Below, piece by piece: positions 55,117 through 63,690 of a stretch of DNA of 64,000 nucleotides. Numbering within the stretch: position 1 is the stretch's first letter; every line of letters begins with the position of its first letter. A program made the translations under genes and the position numbers. The DNA is from Clostridia bacterium (lineage in GTDB: Bacteria > Bacillota > Clostridia > Oscillospirales > CAG-272). Under the pieces are notes generated by a model. It was not told where the DNA came from and ran no database searches. It worked only from the letters and a program-made list of their open reading frames with translations. The DNA lies in NCBI GenBank assembly GCA_017508665.1, contig JAFVYL010000015.1:4421-68420 (forward strand), given 5' to 3'.

Positions 55117-57402
55117 ATGAAATTACAGGTATGTGCCAGATGCAAAAAGAGACCGGCAATGGTCTTTATAACCCGTCTGGAAAAAGATAAATCTATAAAT
55201 GAAGGCTTGTGCCTTGTATGCGCTCAGGAGCTTGGCATAAAGCCCGTGAACGATATGCTATCAAGAATGGGTATTGATGAAAATGAGATAGCCAATATGA
55301 TAGACGGACTCGATTCAAACCTTCCCGAGTTTATGGGAGAAGATTCTGACACTCCCGAGGGGAAGGTTCCGACTCTTAATTTGTCGGAAATATTTAACTT
55401 CGGTCCGCGCGACGGCAAGGGACAGGGAGGAAAGAAGCAGCAGGGAAAAGGTGGAGAAGCTGCACCCGAGAGAAAGAATCTCAATACCTTCTGTCACAAT
55501 CTTAATGCAAAGGCAAAGGAAGGAAAGATAGATAATCTGATCGGCAGAGACAGAGAAATCGACCGAATCATACAGATACTTTCGCGCCGTCAGAAGAATA
55601 ACCCTTGTCTTATAGGTGAGCCCGGTGTCGGTAAGACCGCAATAGCAGAGGAACTCGCCAAGAGAATTGTGGAGGGCAGAGTTCCCGCACCGCTTCTCGG
55701 TATGGAGATATGGCTCCTTGATCTTACCTCACTCGTTGCAGGTACACAGTTTAGAGGACAGTTTGAGTCGCGTATTCTCGGCTTGCTTAAGGAAATCAAG
55801 GCGGCTGGCAATATAATACTTATGATAGATGAAGTGCACAATATTGCCGGTGCAGGTGAGACATCCGACGGTAGCATGAGTGCTGCAAATCTTCTTAAAC
55901 CCGCTCTTTCGCGAGGCGAGATCAGAGTTATAGGTGCGACTACGCTAAAAGAATATAGAAAGCATATAGAGAAGGATTCCGCATTGGAGCGCAGATTCCA
56001 ACCTGTAAAGGTGGACGAGCCATCCGTAGATGAGACCGTTGATATCATTAAGGGTATTAAAAAGTATTACGAAGGATTCCACGGACTCAATATTTCAGAC
56101 GATGTGGCACGTGCGGCAGCGATACTTTCCGAAAAGTATATAACCGATCGTTTCCTTCCCGATAAGGCAATAGATCTGATCGACGAGGCATCGGCTAAGG
56201 TAGCGCTCTCCTCTCCTGAGCTTAACGAGCACAGACAAGCGATGAAACGCCTTGAAGAGCTTGAGCATGCTTTGTCAGAGCTTGAAAGCAAGGTTGAGAA
56301 TCCCGATGGTCAGACTGAGGAAAATTACAAGGCTATAGCGGATTTAAAGGTTGAAAAGCTAAGGCTCGAGACTAGGGAAGCTGAGCTCAATGAAATTTTG
56401 AAGCATTTGCAGGTCGATATCTCCGATCTTCTTAAGGTCGTTGAGATATGGACGGGTATCCCCGCTACCGATCTCAGCGTAGGCGATCTCGAGAATCTCA
56501 CAGGACTTCACGAGAGAATTTCCTCACACATTATCGGCCAGGAAGAGGCTGTAAGTGCGGTTGTAAGGGCGGTAAGAAGAAAGAGAGCAGGCGTATCTTA
56601 TAGAAATAATCCTGTTTCCATGATATTTGCAGGACCTACGGGCGTTGGTAAAACCGAACTTGTAAAGGTACTCGCTAAAGATTTATTCAAGCAGCCCGAG
56701 TCACTCATACGCCTAGATATGTCTGAGTTCATGGAAAAGCACTCGGTATCGAGAATTATAGGCTCTCCTCCCGGATACGTTGGCTATGACGAAGCGGGAC
56801 AGCTTACCGAGAAGATAAGACGCAGACCGTATTCTGTGGTTTTGTTTGATGAGATCGAAAAGGCACATCCGGATGTCCTTAATGTGTTGCTGCAGATACT
56901 TGATGACGGCAAGATAACCGATGCACAGGGTAGAGAAATAAACTTCTCAAACACCATCATAGTTCTTACTACAAATGCCGGCAGTGAGAAGAATAATGCA
57001 GTTTCCGGATTTTCTACAGACAGAAAAACTCAGACTGAGGACAGAGTGGAAAAAGCACTTGCGAAATTCCTTCGCCCCGAGTTCATTAACAGAATTGACG
57101 AGATTATAACTTTCCGTCATCTCAATAAGGATGATTTTGCTAAGATAGCTGATATTATGCTCGGACAGCTTCGCGATCACTTGATCGAGAAGGGAATAAA
57201 ACTCACCTACAATGACGATGCGCTCAGGCTTATCGCCGAGGAATCTTACTCGGAAAAATACGGCGCCAGAAATATGCGCAGATACATTGAAAGAAACGTT
57301 GAGGATAATATTGCAAATCTTATTATCGATAGCATGCCAAACAAGATATATGCTATAGCAATCACAGTATCCGACGGCGCGCTTAAAATTGACTCAATTT
57401 AA
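55117..57402 (+). CDS. ClpA/ClpC-type double AAA+ unfoldase with an N-terminal Cys4 zinc ribbon in place of Clp_N repeats
   Basis: C6xxC9 ... C32xxC35, then a Gly/Lys-rich linker. D1 has GEPGVGKTAIAE and LMIDEVH. A short coiled-coil M region follows. D2 has GPTGVGKTELVK and VLFDEIEKAH. An SGF tripeptide sits where the ClpP-docking loop is expected. Confidence 0.85.
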   Translation: MKLQVCARCKKRPAMVFITRLEKDKSINEGLCLVCAQELGIKPVNDMLSRMGIDENEIANMIDGLDSNLPEFMGEDSDTPEGKVPTLNLSEIFNFGPRDGKGQGGKKQQGKGGEAAPERKNLNTFCHNLNAKAKEGKIDNLIGRDREIDRIIQILSRRQKNNPCLIGEPGVGKTAIAEELAKRIVEGRVPAPLLGMEIWLLDLTSLVAGTQFRGQFESRILGLLKEIKAAGNIILMIDEVHNIAGAGETSDGSMSAANLLKPALSRGEIRVIGATTLKEYRKHIEKDSALERRFQPVKVDEPSVDETVDIIKGIKKYYEGFHGLNISDDVARAAAILSEKYITDRFLPDKAIDLIDEASAKVALSSPELNEHRQAMKRLEELEHALSELESKVENPDGQTEENYKAIADLKVEKLRLETREAELNEILKHLQVDISDLLKVVEIWTGIPATDLSVGDLENLTGLHERISSHIIGQEEAVSAVVRAVRRKRAGVSYRNNPVSMIFAGPTGVGKTELVKVLAKDLFKQPESLIRLDMSEFMEKHSVSRIIGSPPGYVGYDEAGQLTEKIRRRPYSVVLFDEIEKAHPDVLNVLLQILDDGKITDAQGREINFSNTIIVLTTNAGSEKNNAVSGFSTDRKTQTEDRVEKALAKFLRPEFINRIDEIITFRHLNKDDFAKIADIMLGQLRDHLIEKGIKLTYNDDALRLIAEESYSEKYGARNMRRYIERNVEDNIANLIIDSMPNKIYAIAITVSDGALKIDSI

Positions 57403-57430
57403 TAAATTCTTTAAAAGGAGATAATAAAAA

Positions 57431-58255
57431 ATGGCAGAATGTTCACATGATTGTGCTAACTGCTCGTCCAAGTGCTCTAAAGAGTCGCTTCTTGCACCCC
57501 AGAATCAGGCGAGTAACGTTAAGCGCGTAATTGGTGTAGTCAGCGGAAAAGGCGGTGTCGGAAAATCTCTCGTCACCTCTATGCTTGCTGTAACTATGCA
57601 GAGAAGAGGCTACAAGACCGCTATCCTTGATGCAGATATAACCGGCCCCTCTATTCCAAAAGCATTTGGACTTAAAACCGGAACGGTAGAAGGTAACGAC
57701 CTCGGGATGTTCCCGGTTATGTCTAAAACCGGAATTGAGGTTATGAGCTTAAATCTTCTCGTTGACGATGAGACCAAGCCTGTAGTATGGCGAGGACCTG
57801 TTATTGCGGGAACTGTAAAGCAGTTCTGGACAGACGTTGTATGGAATGAGGTAGACTATATGTTCGTAGATATGCCTCCCGGAACAGGCGACGTACCTCT
57901 TACCGTATTTCAGAGTCTTCCTCTTGATGGCATAGTAATTGTTACCAGCCCTCAGGAGCTTGTATCTATGATAGTAGAAAAAGCTGTTAATATGGCATCT
58001 CTTATGGATGTAAATGTTCTTGGACTTGTAGAGAACTATAGCTACATCGTATGTCCTGATTGCGGTAAGGTTATCCGTCCTTACGGAGAGAGTCATATAG
58101 AAAAGCTTGCTGAAAATTACGGTACTTCCGTACTTGCTCAGCTTCCTATAGACCCCGAGCTTGCATCCCTTTGCGATAAAGGTGTTATAGAGCTCTTCGA
58201 GGGAGAGTATATGGAGCGTGCGGCAGACTTCATAGAAAACAAGTTCAACAAGTAA
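57431..58255 (+). CDS. Mrp/NBP35/ApbC-family Fe-S cluster carrier ATPase
   Basis: Deviant Walker A SGKGGVGKS, a CPDCG motif, and a Cys-rich N-terminus CSHDCANCSSKC. Confidence 0.88.
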   Translation: MAECSHDCANCSSKCSKESLLAPQNQASNVKRVIGVVSGKGGVGKSLVTSMLAVTMQRRGYKTAILDADITGPSIPKAFGLKTGTVEGNDLGMFPVMSKTGIEVMSLNLLVDDETKPVVWRGPVIAGTVKQFWTDVVWNEVDYMFVDMPPGTGDVPLTVFQSLPLDGIVIVTSPQELVSMIVEKAVNMASLMDVNVLGLVENYSYIVCPDCGKVIRPYGESHIEKLAENYGTSVLAQLPIDPELASLCDKGVIELFEGEYMERAADFIENKFNK

Positions 58256-58260
58256 ATTTT

Positions 58261-58300
58261 AAAGCCGATTCGGAAGGATACCGAATCGGCTTTTCTTTTA
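58261..58300. terminator. bidirectional intrinsic terminator
   Basis: aaagccgattcgg-aaggata-ccgaatcggcttt followed by tctttt. Confidence 0.8.
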
Positions 58301-58307
58301 GACCTAT

Positions 58308-58727
58308 TTATATTTCGTTGCCATTTATAAAACTTTCGGCATCCCTGAGGATGTCCTTTGTTTCTTTGAAAGCTAAGACGTTCAATGCATCCTCGTAAGA
58401 AACAAATTGCGCTTCAGCAATCTCGGTTTCTTGAGGAATAATGCTGTATGAGATGCATTTTCCGAGAAAATAGACCGATTGCTTTACGGTATTTGGGATT
58501 CGTGAAAGGGGATATTCTACCTGCCTTCTGAATCCGCTTACGGTATTTACTTCGATTCCGGTTTCTTCTTTTAGTTCGCGGATGGCTGTCTGCAATTCGC
58601 TTTCACCGATCTCCATGTGACCTTTAGGAAACCCGATGTCACCGTTTAGACCTTTGATTATCAAATAATAATTTTGGTTTTCGATTCGCTTGTAGGCAAC
58701 GAATCCACAGGATTTTATATAATTCAT
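58308..58727 (-). CDS. NUDIX hydrolase
   Basis: Nudix box GFPKGHMEIGESELQTAIRELKEETGI. Confidence 0.88.
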   Translation of the reverse strand: MNYIKSCGFVAYKRIENQNYYLIIKGLNGDIGFPKGHMEIGESELQTAIRELKEETGIEVNTVSGFRRQVEYPLSRIPNTVKQSVYFLGKCISYSIIPQETEIAEAQFVSYEDALNVLAFKETKDILRDAESFINGNEI

Positions 58728-58760
58728 TTTACACCTCCAATAAACTTGATTGGATAATTT

Positions 58761-59132
58761 TTATCGTGTAATAAGTATCCCTTTCATAAACTCTGTGTCA
58801 TTATGAAAGTCATACACAATTCTTATTTCTTCCTGTGTGCAACCGATAAGGAGTTTAACTTCAGAGTCCTTCTTCATTATGTCAACAGTGCATATAATCG
58901 CGTTGGCTTCGTTACTTTGTAAAGAACCTCGCCAAACGTCAATACCTCCGCCATCCATAGAAGCGGTATTTTCAATATAGCCGTAATCAAGTGCGTATGT
59001 GATGTTAGGGAATCTTGGATGTTTGCTGCCTTTCGGTCTGTCAATCACGATTTTACCGGACGAAACGAGTGTATCTATCGCTTCCCAAAAATCTTGGTTG
59101 CAGTTCTTATTAATATTAGATTTATCCATCAA
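58761..59132 (-). CDS. small protein with an inorganic-pyrophosphatase-like motif
   Basis: LDYGYIENTASMDGGGIDVW resembles the NYGFIPQT..DGDP.DV block of family I PPases. Only 123 aa. Confidence 0.45.
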   Translation of the reverse strand: MMDKSNINKNCNQDFWEAIDTLVSSGKIVIDRPKGSKHPRFPNITYALDYGYIENTASMDGGGIDVWRGSLQSNEANAIICTVDIMKKDSEVKLLIGCTQEEIRIVYDFHNDTEFMKGILITR

Positions 59133-59679
59133 AGTTAAACCTCTCTTTTATCATTTTTGCAACCTCGAAAGCTTCCAGATATGTGTTGTCGATCTTTATA
59201 TAATTTTCAAATGTGATCTCACCGTCATAGCTCTCAAAACGGTGCTTCTCATCGTCAGCAAGCAAACGCTTATTTGAGGCTTCAATATCACGCTTAGAAG
59301 CCTTGTTTGCAAGTCTGTTTTCTGTGGTATTGCGTCTGAGTCGCTCATTTTTTTCAGCGACAAGTTCCACATAGTAGAAGTCTGCATTGTATGGCTCGAA
59401 AATTTCTCTTACGTGCGCAAGATAATCCCAATCCTCCTGTATGTCGAAAGCCCACATGAAAGTGAATATTATGCCGTAATTATCCGTCTTTGCGTATTCC
59501 TCGAAAATAATCTCTCGTAACCTCGTAATAATACGGCTATCGTATTTTCCAAATATTTCAATAACGGGTTCGATGGTCATATGATTATGGCAGAGCCTTA
59601 AATGAGTTATTTTCATTAATTCTTGTCCTACCGTCATTTTTCCAACGGCGGCGTTTCCAAACAGAAACAATACTTTCAT
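59122..59679 (-). CDS. P-loop kinase-like ATPase
   Basis: MKVLFLFGNAAVGKMTVG Walker A. 185 aa. Overlaps the downstream gene by 11 nt. Confidence 0.6.
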   Translation of the reverse strand: MKVLFLFGNAAVGKMTVGQELMKITHLRLCHNHMTIEPVIEIFGKYDSRIITRLREIIFEEYAKTDNYGIIFTFMWAFDIQEDWDYLAHVREIFEPYNADFYYVELVAEKNERLRRNTTENRLANKASKRDIEASNKRLLADDEKHRFESYDGEITFENYIKIDNTYLEAFEVAKMIKERFNFDG

Positions 59680-59786
59680 ATAAATGCTCCTTTATAATTC
59701 TTTCGTTTTGTTATAATTATCGCTTTCGTACGGACATTAAATTTACCACTAACACAGCTTACACACATATCTTTTTCTCAACACCG

Positions 59787-61568
59787 TCATACATGCGATT
59801 TCGGATATTGACTATTATAAATTCTTGAATACAATCCGTTCTGCTTTAAGAGATCGGCGTGTTTTCCTTGTTCAACGATATGACCGTTATCGATGACCAA
59901 AATCACATCTGCATTTTCGATAGTGGAAAGTCTATGTGCAATGACAAATGCGGTGCGCCCCTTCATAAGCTCATCCATGGTACGCTGTATGAGAAGCTCG
60001 GTGCGGGTATCAACATTGCTCGTTGCTTCGTCTAGGATAAGAATAGGTCTATCGGAAAGATATGCTCTTGCGATAGTCAGCAGTTGCTTTTGTCCTGCGC
60101 TGATATTTGTGCTATCCTCGTTAATCTCGGTTTCATAGCCGTGGGGGAGAGTATCAATGAAGCTATCTATGTGTGCCTTCCTTGCCGCCTCCATTACTTC
60201 ATCTCGGGTTGCGCCCTCTTTTCCGTAGGCAATATTCTCATATACTGTACCCGAAAATAACATAGTATCCTGTAATACCATACCGAACATTTCTCTCACA
60301 TCGGTACGGCTCATAGTAGTAATATCCTTACCGTCAACAAGCACTTTTCCGGATTTAGCATCGTAAAAACGCATCAATATGTTGACAATAGTTGTCTTTC
60401 CGCCGCCCGTAGGACCGACTATTGCCACCTTTTCACCGTGACGAACGTGAAGATTTAGATTTTCAATAAGCGGTTTATCTTCGGTATAGGAGAAATAAAC
60501 GTCCACAAAATCAACTTCGCCGTGAACCGTCAACTTTCCTTCGGGTTCAATCTCGTCCATTTCCTCACCGTCAAGATATTCATAAACCCTTCTTGCGGAA
60601 GCGATAGTGGATTGAATCATTGACATTCCGTTTGCGATAGACTCGAGAGGTCCGGAGAAAAGCTTAGTATACATAATAAATGCAACAAGTGCACCGACGT
60701 TTACTCGTCCGTTTATTACGAGATATGCTCCGATAACGCAAATGGCGACATAGGAAAGGTTGTTGATGAGTCCGACTATGGGGCTTACAAGTCCGGAAAT
60801 AAAGTATCCCTTTGCAGAATAGTCGGCATATTTTTTAGTAACTTCTCTGTATTTTTTATTTTGCGAATTTTCAATGGAGAAAATCTTAACAGCATCAAAG
60901 CAAGCCAAATTCTCTTCGCAAATACTGTAAAGCTTTCCCGATTGTGTGCGAGAATCGTTAAAATGGTTTTCGCTTTTCGATGCAAGGATTGCTGAGAGAA
61001 CAAGTGACATCGGTACGAACACGATCACCGCAAGTGCCATGATGGGTTCTTCTGTAAAGATGATTATTGAAATCATTACAAGCTGAATAATGCCGTTGAT
61101 AATAACGCCGAAAATATCGTGGATCGATCCGCCCATAATGGAAACGTCGTTAGTCATTCTTGATATAAATTCGCCGTTAGGTGTACTATCAACTACTTTA
61201 ATTGGAATCCTTGCAATTTTTTCGCTCATTTTGATTCTTATCTTGCAAGTAAAGAAGCTGCTTACAGAATAATTCATAACGGCTTTTGTGAGTGCTCCGA
61301 GAAGCGCGGACAAGAGATAAACAGTAGCAAGGGTAATGATGCGGTTATTGAAAAGCGAGGTGTCAATCGAAACACCAATATCCAACAAACCGTAGATCTG
61401 ATTGGTAAGATTACCAAGTATTTCGGGAGCTGTCATGGCGAGGTATGCAGATGCAATGCTTAATACAGTAGCAAGGAGAAGCCAATGAATGATTCCGAGC
61501 GAATCCTTCATTATGCGCATAATTACCTTTGCCGAGCTGAGTCCGTTTGTCTTTGCATTATTCTTCAT
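59787..61568 (-). CDS. ABC exporter half-transporter (TMD-NBD), consensus-site subunit
   Basis: Six-TM domain. Walker A GPTGGGKTT, signature ISAGQ (non-canonical), Walker B ILILDEAT, H-loop AHRLST. ATG at 61568 follows AGGAGG and overlaps the upstream gene by 11 nt. Confidence 0.9.
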   Translation of the reverse strand: MKNNAKTNGLSSAKVIMRIMKDSLGIIHWLLLATVLSIASAYLAMTAPEILGNLTNQIYGLLDIGVSIDTSLFNNRIITLATVYLLSALLGALTKAVMNYSVSSFFTCKIRIKMSEKIARIPIKVVDSTPNGEFISRMTNDVSIMGGSIHDIFGVIINGIIQLVMISIIIFTEEPIMALAVIVFVPMSLVLSAILASKSENHFNDSRTQSGKLYSICEENLACFDAVKIFSIENSQNKKYREVTKKYADYSAKGYFISGLVSPIVGLINNLSYVAICVIGAYLVINGRVNVGALVAFIMYTKLFSGPLESIANGMSMIQSTIASARRVYEYLDGEEMDEIEPEGKLTVHGEVDFVDVYFSYTEDKPLIENLNLHVRHGEKVAIVGPTGGGKTTIVNILMRFYDAKSGKVLVDGKDITTMSRTDVREMFGMVLQDTMLFSGTVYENIAYGKEGATRDEVMEAARKAHIDSFIDTLPHGYETEINEDSTNISAGQKQLLTIARAYLSDRPILILDEATSNVDTRTELLIQRTMDELMKGRTAFVIAHRLSTIENADVILVIDNGHIVEQGKHADLLKQNGLYSRIYNSQYPKSHV

Positions 61569-63216
61569 ACTTGCCCTCCTTTCTGCCACCAAGTTGCGAG
61601 TCGGCAATTTCACGGTATATTGGGCAAGAAGAAAGAAGTTCGCTGTGTGTTCCGACACCGATTATGTGTCCTTTATCTAATACATAAATGCGGTCAGCGC
61701 TCATCGCTGTACTTATACGTTGAGTAGCAACGATTCTGCTTTTTCCTTGAAGGAGAGTCGCGTAGTTTTCTTTGATCTCGCTTTCTGTAAGGAAATCCAA
61801 CGCGCTGAAGCTGTCGTCGAAAATATACACATCGGCTTTTTTTATGACAGTTCTCGCCATATTCAATCTTTGACGCTGACCGCCGCTGACATTCTGACCG
61901 TTGCCCACCAAAATATAGTCGAGTCCTTCTTTGTGCGAGTCAACGAACTCTGCCATTTTGGAAAGCTTTATAACATTGTATATTTCTTCGTCCGTCGCAT
62001 CGGGCTTTCCCATTTTGATATTATCGCGCACAGTTCCTTCGAATATCTGTGCTTTTTGCAAAGCTACAGAAAAGTGCGAGCGTACGTCTGCTTTTCGCAT
62101 ATCTTCGTATGAAGCACCGCCAATAATTATTTCACCCTCACTCGGTTCAAACAGTCCCGAAAGCAACTTTATAAGTGTACTTTTTCCACTGCCTGTACCC
62201 CCAATCAAGGCGATATGCTCACCTTGTTTTACCGTAAGAGATAAATTTTCAAGAACGTTTTTTGTAGAGTCGGGATATGTAAAGTAAAGGTTTTTGATTT
62301 CTATATCAAAACCGTTTGGTGTTTTACCCGAGCCATAGGGAATCGTTTCTTCATCCGGGCTTGAATGAATTTCATTCAGACGCCGTATGGATACCTTCAC
62401 CTTGGGGAGCCAAGCAAGCGTCCAAGATGTGCTGATAACAGCATTGGTGATCATTCCGATGTACTGAAGCACGGCAATAATACCACCCGTGCTGATGCCT
62501 GAGCCCGCCTGGGCTCTGATACCGCCAAAGTAAATTACGGCAACGGTAGCAAGATTAAGAAGCAGCATAGCAAAAGGATCGACCATTCCTCCGCGAGTGT
62601 TGGCGCGTATCATATACTTTGCCATTTCCTCGGTTGCAAATTTTGCTCTCCCGTGTTCACGTTTTTCATTATTGAAGGCTCTGACAACGCGAAGTCCCGA
62701 AAGACGTTCTCTCACAATCTTGTTTTGCATATCCACGTATTTATCAGATTTATCCCACATATCGTACAAAGGACGCATCAGAATCAGTACTAAAATGAGA
62801 ATTGGCGGGATAGACAGCATAAATACAGCCGACAAAACCGGATCTGCCAAAAACGCAAGAACAGCAGAGCCAATAAACATAATGGGAACTGTAAAAAGGG
62901 TGTAAGGTAAACTTGTTATCGTTCCCTCAACATTCCATATATCATCGGTAGCTCTTGTTAAAAGTCCCGAAGGACCTATTTTTGTGTAATTTGTGTAGGA
63001 AAGCGAATTGATTTTCTCAAAGGTTACACGGCAAAGATCGGATGAATACCCCGCCGAAATAGCGGTGTTGAGCTTAGCGGAAATAACATTTGCGACAAGC
63101 GATACGATTGCCAACAACATCATTATTACTGCGTATTGCCACACAAAAGGGATATTCTGCTCCGAAATGCCTTTTTCAACTATCTCACTCATAACAAAGG
63201 CATTAAAAGCGAGCAT
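61558..63216 (-). CDS. ABC exporter half-transporter (TMD-NBD), degenerate-site subunit; true N-terminus lies in another frame (63296-63189)
   Basis: Walker A GGTGSGKST, signature VSGGQ, Walker B YIFDDSFS (Asp replaces the catalytic Glu), H-loop position ATQRIS. Upstream fragment MKKLLELLKPYRKKLVGVALIDGIGMICSLLMP. Confidence 0.85.
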   Translation of the reverse strand: MLAFNAFVMSEIVEKGISEQNIPFVWQYAVIMMLLAIVSLVANVISAKLNTAISAGYSSDLCRVTFEKINSLSYTNYTKIGPSGLLTRATDDIWNVEGTITSLPYTLFTVPIMFIGSAVLAFLADPVLSAVFMLSIPPILILVLILMRPLYDMWDKSDKYVDMQNKIVRERLSGLRVVRAFNNEKREHGRAKFATEEMAKYMIRANTRGGMVDPFAMLLLNLATVAVIYFGGIRAQAGSGISTGGIIAVLQYIGMITNAVISTSWTLAWLPKVKVSIRRLNEIHSSPDEETIPYGSGKTPNGFDIEIKNLYFTYPDSTKNVLENLSLTVKQGEHIALIGGTGSGKSTLIKLLSGLFEPSEGEIIIGGASYEDMRKADVRSHFSVALQKAQIFEGTVRDNIKMGKPDATDEEIYNVIKLSKMAEFVDSHKEGLDYILVGNGQNVSGGQRQRLNMARTVIKKADVYIFDDSFSALDFLTESEIKENYATLLQGKSRIVATQRISTAMSADRIYVLDKGHIIGVGTHSELLSSCPIYREIADSQLGGRKEGKYEE

Positions 63217-63344
63217 ATCATACCGATACCGTCAATCAAGGCGACTCCTACAAGTTTTTTTCGATAAGGTTTTAGTAATTCAAGTAGTTTTTTCATTTTT
63301 GTATTTGGTTTCAGTTGAGTTGTTTATCTCCGAAAGAAAATATA

Positions 63345-63414
63345 AAGCACCCGCAACGAGCCGCCACGGGTGCTTATAAATAAAAATGCCCGAGGCGTAA
63401 CTCTACGCACCGGG
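63345..63414 (-). terminator. two tandem terminator hairpins in the ABC-operon leader
   Basis: On the minus strand, hairpin 1 is cccggtgcgta-gagt-tacgcctcggg followed by cattttta. Hairpin 2 is aagcacccg-(loop)-cgggtgctt followed by tatattttcttt. Confidence 0.55.
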
Positions 63415-63441
63415 AAAACAGATAACTATTATTTGACCTGT

Positions 63442-63513
63442 TTATGTCTTACTATCCTCGGAGGTGAGTACGTGAATATTGATAGAATTATAGTTGTAAT
63501 TGCGGTTAGTCAT
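63442..63513 (-). CDS. 23-codon leader ORF upstream of the ABC exporter genes
   Basis: Manual translation MTNRNYNYNSINIHVLTSEDSKT*. GGAGGA RBS 7 nt upstream. Sits between the promoter and the tandem hairpins. Confidence 0.5.
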   Translation of the reverse strand: MTNRNYNYNSINIHVLTSEDSKT

Positions 63514-63548
63514 TGTATTCTCCTCCTTTCGTAAAATTTCTATTGGAT

Positions 63549-63577
63549 ATTGTATCACATCGTTATATCTTTGTCAA
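63549..63577 (-). promoter_or_regulatory. promoter of the ABC-operon leader (TTGACA-17-TGaTACAAT)
   Basis: Minus strand has TTGACA at 63577-63572, a 17-nt spacer, and TACAAT at 63554-63549 preceded by TGa. Confidence 0.55.
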
Positions 63578-63633
63578 TAGTCAAATATCAAAAACTACAG
63601 AATAAAAATAGATGAAGGAGACTGTTAAATCTC

Positions 63634-63662
63634 TTGACTTTTAAATATTTATTTGATAGAAT
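63634..63662 (+). promoter_or_regulatory. promoter (TTGACT-17-TGaTAGAAT)
   Basis: TTGACT at 63634-63639, a 17-nt spacer, TG at 63654-63655, and TAGAAT at 63657-63662. Confidence 0.55.
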
Positions 63663-63690
63663 TGTATTATAAGATAACAGAGGTGAGGAT

